From Microbacterium sp. (GTDB taxonomy: Bacteria; Actinomycetota; Actinomycetes; Actinomycetales; Microbacteriaceae), in assembly GCF_036566905.1 (NCBI RefSeq), contig NZ_DATCVK010000169.1, forward strand, positions 120 to 64,119: 64,000 nt of DNA. Reading direction: 5' to 3'. The position numbers and the translations under genes were made by a program. Every line of letters begins with the position of its first letter. Within the stretch, counting starts at the first letter, position 1. The notes beneath the pieces are model-generated. The model saw nothing but the letters and a program-made list of their open reading frames with translations, had not been told where the DNA came from and did not search any database. Positions 59,817-64,000 of this stretch are shown here, in pieces.

Positions 59817-62507
59817 ATGCGCAAACGACTGACCACGAGGTTGGGCACTGCGGGAATCGGGGCGCTGGTGGCGGTGCTCGCCATCACAGCCTCACCCGCG
59901 TACGGACTGACCACACCCGCTGAGCCCGTCCCGCCCGCAGGGCTGACGGGCCTCGAACCGACCGGCGCCGACATGCCGACGGTCGGGGGCAATCTCGGCA
60001 ACCAGCACTATTCGGGTCTGACGGAGATCACCCAGCAGAACCTGAAGGATCTCGCACCGGCCTGGCGGACGCACCTTTCGGCTGTCGCGCCCGCGTCGAC
60101 CAACCTCGGACAGCAGACCACGCCGATCGTCGTCGACGGCGTCATCTACGTCGATACGCCGAGCGGTGGCGTCATCGCCGTCGACGGCGTGACGGGAGAC
60201 GCCATCTGGAAGTGGGACAAGCCCGCCTACGGAACGTCGACCACACGCCGGGGCGTCTCGGCGGGTGACGGGAAGATCTTCACCCTGGCCGGCGGCAACC
60301 GTGTGGTCGCCCTCGACCAGGCAACGGGCGCCGAGGTATGGGCGGTCCAGCCGACCGGGGCGAACGGCGAAGACCTCGGCCGCGTCGGCAAGGTCGCGAC
60401 CGTGTACTACGACGGAGTCGTCTACGCCCACGCTGCGGACGGCGACCGCGGTGCGGTCGTCGCGCTGGACGCGAGCGACGGCCACTACCTCTGGCACTTC
60501 TTCGGCGGGCCGAAGCGCGGCGAGCTGTTCACCGGCCTGGACGGCGTGACGTTCGACGCCTCGGCGACGTGGGGCCCCGTGCAAGCCGACGGCACCGACT
60601 GCGCGGAAGAGGGCGGTGCGACCTCGTGGATGCACGGCGCCGTCGACACCGAGCTCGGCTCCTACATCATGACCTTCGGCAACGCGCGCAGCTGCACGTC
60701 GTCACAGAACGCTTCGGGGCGTCCCGGCGACAACCTGTTCTCCGACACGATGGTCGCCGTCGACGCCAGGACCGGCACCTTCAAGTGGCACTACCAGTCC
60801 ATCCACCACGATGTGTGGGACATGGACAATGTGCACCCGCCGACACTGGCCGACATCACGGTGGACGGCGAGGAGCGCAAGGTCGCCTTCTACGGCAGCA
60901 AGTCGGGCCACCAGTTCGTGATCGACCGCACCAACGGCAAGCCCGTGCTCCCCGTGACCGAGCAGCCCGTGATCACGGACTCCCGCCAGCACAATACGGC
61001 GACCCAGCCCATGCCACAGACGCGGCTCCTGCCGGACTGCGTCGTGTGGGAGAAGCTCGGCGGCGACATCCCGGGCAACCCCTGGCGCGGCGTGCCGAAC
61101 TACAACGGGTACCAGGCGGATGCCGAGGGCGACCTCGTGTTCAACCCGGACAGCTACGTCTCGGTGGACGAGCCGTTCCTCACCTACCCGGCGGGCTCGT
61201 CGGGCCACCGCGAGGGCTGCCTGTACGACCCGCAGTTCGAGGCGCCGATCCTGTCGACGACGAGCCAGAACGGCGGCGGCGACTGGTCGAACAACTCGTA
61301 CAGCCAGAGCACGAACCTGGTCTACTTCCCCTACGGCACGAACCCGGTCGCGCACTACGACGGCGCAGCCGCGAACGGCCTGCGCGCGATCGGTCAGTAC
61401 CAGACGGGCGGCATCCTGGCCTATGACGCGTCGACCGGCGAGGTCGCGTGGCGCAATCACCTCGGCACCGACATGTCACACGGTCAGGGCCCCCTGACCA
61501 CGGCATCCGATCTGCTCTTCGTCGGTCAGATAGACGGTCGGGTGCTCGCGATGGACGCGGCCACGGGTGACGTGCTGTGGGAGTTCCAGACGGGCTCCGG
61601 CATCTCGGGGGCTCCGGTCACATACGAGGTCGACGGTGAGCAGTACGTCGCGGTGATCGCGGCGGGATCGACGAACCCGTACGGCGCGTCCGTGACCCAG
61701 GGCGACTCGTTGTGGTCGTTCAAGCTCGGCGGAGACTACAAGACCGAGTCGGGCAGCCAGGAGGGGCCGGACACCGCGCCGCTGACGATCCGTCGCCCCG
61801 TCGGCGGCACCGCGGTCGAGGGCTCCACGGTGGGCAACACCGTGCTCCTCGCACGGTCGAACCGCACGGCCGACGACGCCGCCTCCCGCGACAGCGTGTC
61901 GCAGAACGGCATGCAGCCCACGCACCTGCGGGTTCCCGTGGGCACGACCGTCACGTTCCGCAATCCGGGCGCCGAGACGTTCCCGAACTTCCCCAACCTG
62001 AAGGCCCACTGCGCCACGCAGTTCTTCGAGGGTGAGTTCAACGTCAAGCTGCAGCCGGGAGAGACGTACCAGCACACGTTCACACGTGCCGGCGAGTACT
62101 TCTTCAATGACTGCACCGACCCGCGGCCCACGGGAAAGATCGAGGTCTACCTGGCTCCGCAGGACCAGCCCGGTGCCCTGAGCTTCACCCCGGGGACGCT
62201 GCGGTTCGGTTCGGGCACGGGACTGTTCACCGGCGTGAACGGCAACGTCTCGGCGCACTTCGAGCTGCCGGCCGGGTACACCTATGACAGCGACGCCGTC
62301 CTGGTGACGCCCCTCACCAAGTCGCTCATCGACGCGTCGAAGGTCACGGCCAACAAGAACCGGATCATCGTCCAGTTCGACGCGGCCGAGGTCGACAACA
62401 ACGTGCCGACGGGTGAGACGACCCTCACGGTGAGGGTCAATGTCCTCAACGCGGCGGGGGTCCAGGAGCAGCTCTCCTCGACGGCGACGGTGACCGTCGT
62501 CAAGTAG
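59817..62507 (+). CDS. Secreted PQQ-dependent dehydrogenase with C-terminal cupredoxin-like domain
   Basis: Signal peptide; YSGLTEI, QTTPIVVDG, repeated AxDxxTGxxxW propeller motifs, HHDVWDMD, APVTYEVDGEQYV; then VPVGTTVTFRN...PGETYQHTFTRAGEY. Confidence 0.85.
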   Translation: MRKRLTTRLGTAGIGALVAVLAITASPAYGLTTPAEPVPPAGLTGLEPTGADMPTVGGNLGNQHYSGLTEITQQNLKDLAPAWRTHLSAVAPASTNLGQQTTPIVVDGVIYVDTPSGGVIAVDGVTGDAIWKWDKPAYGTSTTRRGVSAGDGKIFTLAGGNRVVALDQATGAEVWAVQPTGANGEDLGRVGKVATVYYDGVVYAHAADGDRGAVVALDASDGHYLWHFFGGPKRGELFTGLDGVTFDASATWGPVQADGTDCAEEGGATSWMHGAVDTELGSYIMTFGNARSCTSSQNASGRPGDNLFSDTMVAVDARTGTFKWHYQSIHHDVWDMDNVHPPTLADITVDGEERKVAFYGSKSGHQFVIDRTNGKPVLPVTEQPVITDSRQHNTATQPMPQTRLLPDCVVWEKLGGDIPGNPWRGVPNYNGYQADAEGDLVFNPDSYVSVDEPFLTYPAGSSGHREGCLYDPQFEAPILSTTSQNGGGDWSNNSYSQSTNLVYFPYGTNPVAHYDGAAANGLRAIGQYQTGGILAYDASTGEVAWRNHLGTDMSHGQGPLTTASDLLFVGQIDGRVLAMDAATGDVLWEFQTGSGISGAPVTYEVDGEQYVAVIAAGSTNPYGASVTQGDSLWSFKLGGDYKTESGSQEGPDTAPLTIRRPVGGTAVEGSTVGNTVLLARSNRTADDAASRDSVSQNGMQPTHLRVPVGTTVTFRNPGAETFPNFPNLKAHCATQFFEGEFNVKLQPGETYQHTFTRAGEYFFNDCTDPRPTGKIEVYLAPQDQPGALSFTPGTLRFGSGTGLFTGVNGNVSAHFELPAGYTYDSDAVLVTPLTKSLIDASKVTANKNRIIVQFDAAEVDNNVPTGETTLTVRVNVLNAAGVQEQLSSTATVTVVK

Positions 62508-62523
62508 CCGTTCCCACGGAACA

Positions 62524-62561
62524 CCGATCCGCCTCCGTCGCCTGCGACGGGGGCGGATCGG
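62524..62561 (+). terminator. Hairpin after the PQQ gene
   Basis: CCGATCCGCCTCCGTCGC-ct-GCGACGGGGGCGGATCGG. Confidence 0.65.
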
Positions 62562-62711
62562 CGCGTGCGGCCGGTGTCCCATTCGGCGAAACTCGACTTT
62601 GCAGGCACCCGCTCGCAGACCAGAGTCGCAGAGGCGGCGATGCGCGTGCGCACGCGGCCCGGCATCAACAGAGAGGTTGGCAATGCACCCTGACACCGTG
62701 GCGGTGACGCC

Positions 62712-63368
62712 ATGACCGACAAGGACCCCGGGCCCGAACCGGAGGAGGGTCGCGGCACCGAGTCCGAGGCGGCGGCGGACGCCGCCCACGAGCCGGGTGT
62801 GGGGGACTCGATCTACCCGCACACCAACACCTTCTACACGACGCCGAAGCTCAACCAGGGAGTGCCTGCCGACCCGGTGTTCATCCGGATCCTCTCCGGC
62901 ATCGAGATCACGATCGGCGTCGCGCTGTTCGCTTGCATCATCTTCGGCGTCATGTACCAGGTGCTCGGCCGGTACTTCCCCACCATCAGCTGGGTGGGAG
63001 CCGGAGAACTGGCCCTGCTGTCGATGATCGCGCTGACGTTCATCACGACCGGATACCTCGTCGGACGCAACGGCCACATCGTGCTGGAGATGTTCGACGA
63101 GATGCTCGCGGGGACCCGGCTCTTCGTGGCCCTGCGCGTCGTCTCCGCGGTCATCATGGTCGCCACGAGCCTCGCCCTCGCCTACGAGGCGTGGGTGAAG
63201 ATCGAGACCGAATGGGGCCGGCTCAGCGCCGCCATGCACGTGCCGGTCGGCGTCCTGTACATCTTCGCGCTCGTCGGCTTCGTGTCGGCCGCGATCCACT
63301 CGTCGTTCAAGATCCCCTACGCGAACCGCCCCGAGCGCAAGCTCGACATCGGCGAGATGGAGGGCTGA
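62712..63368 (+). CDS. dctQ: TRAP transporter small permease
   Basis: QVLGRY, W..ELA, GHIVLE; 4 TMs; precedes dctM. Confidence 0.82.
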   Translation: MTDKDPGPEPEEGRGTESEAAADAAHEPGVGDSIYPHTNTFYTTPKLNQGVPADPVFIRILSGIEITIGVALFACIIFGVMYQVLGRYFPTISWVGAGELALLSMIALTFITTGYLVGRNGHIVLEMFDEMLAGTRLFVALRVVSAVIMVATSLALAYEAWVKIETEWGRLSAAMHVPVGVLYIFALVGFVSAAIHSSFKIPYANRPERKLDIGEMEG

Positions 63369-63370
63369 GC

Positions 63371-64000
63371 GTGGACCTCTGGCTCTACATCCTGCTGTTC
63401 GTCGTCTTCCTGCTGCTGCGGGTGCCCGTCGCCTTCGCGATGATCGCGTCGAGCATGCTCTACTTCTACAGCCACAACCTGTCGGCGGGGTACGCGATCT
63501 CGTCGATCGTCAACGGCATCAACAGCTTCCCGCTGCTCGCCGTGCCGCTGTTCATCTTCGTCGGCACGATCGCCAACAACCTCGGCATCGCCACGCGCCT
63601 CTACGACCTGGCGCGGGCGCTCCTGCCGCGACTCCCCGGCAACCTCGCCTACGTCAACCTCGGCACCGCGATCGGCTTCTCGTGGATCAGCGGCTCGGCC
63701 CTGGCCGACGCCGCCTCGACGAGCAAGGTGCAGATCCCCCAGATGCTCAAGGCCGGCTACCCCTACGGCTTCTCCGCCGGCCTGACGGCGTCGGGCTCGC
63801 TGATGAGCACGGTCATGCCGCCGAGCATCCCTGCCGTGCTCTTCGCCGCGACGGCTTCGATCTCGACGGGTGCGCTGTTCGCGGGATCGATCATCCCGGC
63901 GATGCTCATGGCGGTCGGCCTCGCGCTGTACATCTTCTTCTGGGTGCGCCGGCACCCCGACGTGGCGGTCAGCCGGCCGTTCAACGGCGGGATGCTCGGC
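63371..64000 (+). CDS. dctM: TRAP transporter large permease (partial, runs off the edge)
   Basis: Manual translation from the GTG at 63371 gives RVPVAFAM, SFPLLAVPLFIFVG, PGNLAYVN, SGSALADA, MPPSIP, GALFAGSIIP. Confidence 0.9.
   Translation, partial: MDLWLYILLFVVFLLLRVPVAFAMIASSMLYFYSHNLSAGYAISSIVNGINSFPLLAVPLFIFVGTIANNLGIATRLYDLARALLPRLPGNLAYVNLGTAIGFSWISGSALADAASTSKVQIPQMLKAGYPYGFSAGLTASGSLMSTVMPPSIPAVLFAATASISTGALFAGSIIPAMLMAVGLALYIFFWVRRHPDVAVSRPFNGGMLG

Noticed and set aside
60800-60830. Firm call of a lanthanide-dependent alcohol dehydrogenase from the WDMD motif
   Set aside because: The same motif occurs in Ca/Mg-dependent membrane glucose dehydrogenases, and the vicinal disulfide of XoxF/ExaF is absent.

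Overview
High-GC actinobacterial chromosome segment, most likely Microbacterium or another Microbacteriaceae genus (inferred from gene content, a typical intergenic palindromic repeat and many apparently leaderless genes). From left to right it holds: (1) a urease locus (ureABC plus the 5' end of ureF) divergent from urtABCDE, followed by an NCS1-like permease and two tandem TetR genes; (2) an accessory stretch of about 19 kb of small unrelated genes, including two nucleotidyltransferases, a CmtR/CDF metal-resistance pair, a duplicated gene 3' end and a ferritin-like pseudogene; (3) a sugar ABC transporter, a DD-carboxypeptidase, and a DMT/MocR pair whose start codons overlap; (4) a 1817-aa secreted GH59-like modular glycosidase with a DeoR-LacI hybrid regulator; (5) a tasA-like/sipW/Ig-repeat surface-fibre locus with its own two-component system and a shared promoter motif; (6) TetR-MFS; and (7) an uncharacterised catabolic cluster (acylating ALDH, citryl-CoA lyase-like protein, ThDP enzyme) divergent from a secreted PQQ dehydrogenase-cupredoxin fusion and a TRAP transporter. 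No rRNA, tRNA, CRISPR array, transposase or integrase was recognised. All calls come from reading motifs by eye, with no database searches. The best candidates for undescribed systems are (5), (7) and the over-represented GGATGCC motif.
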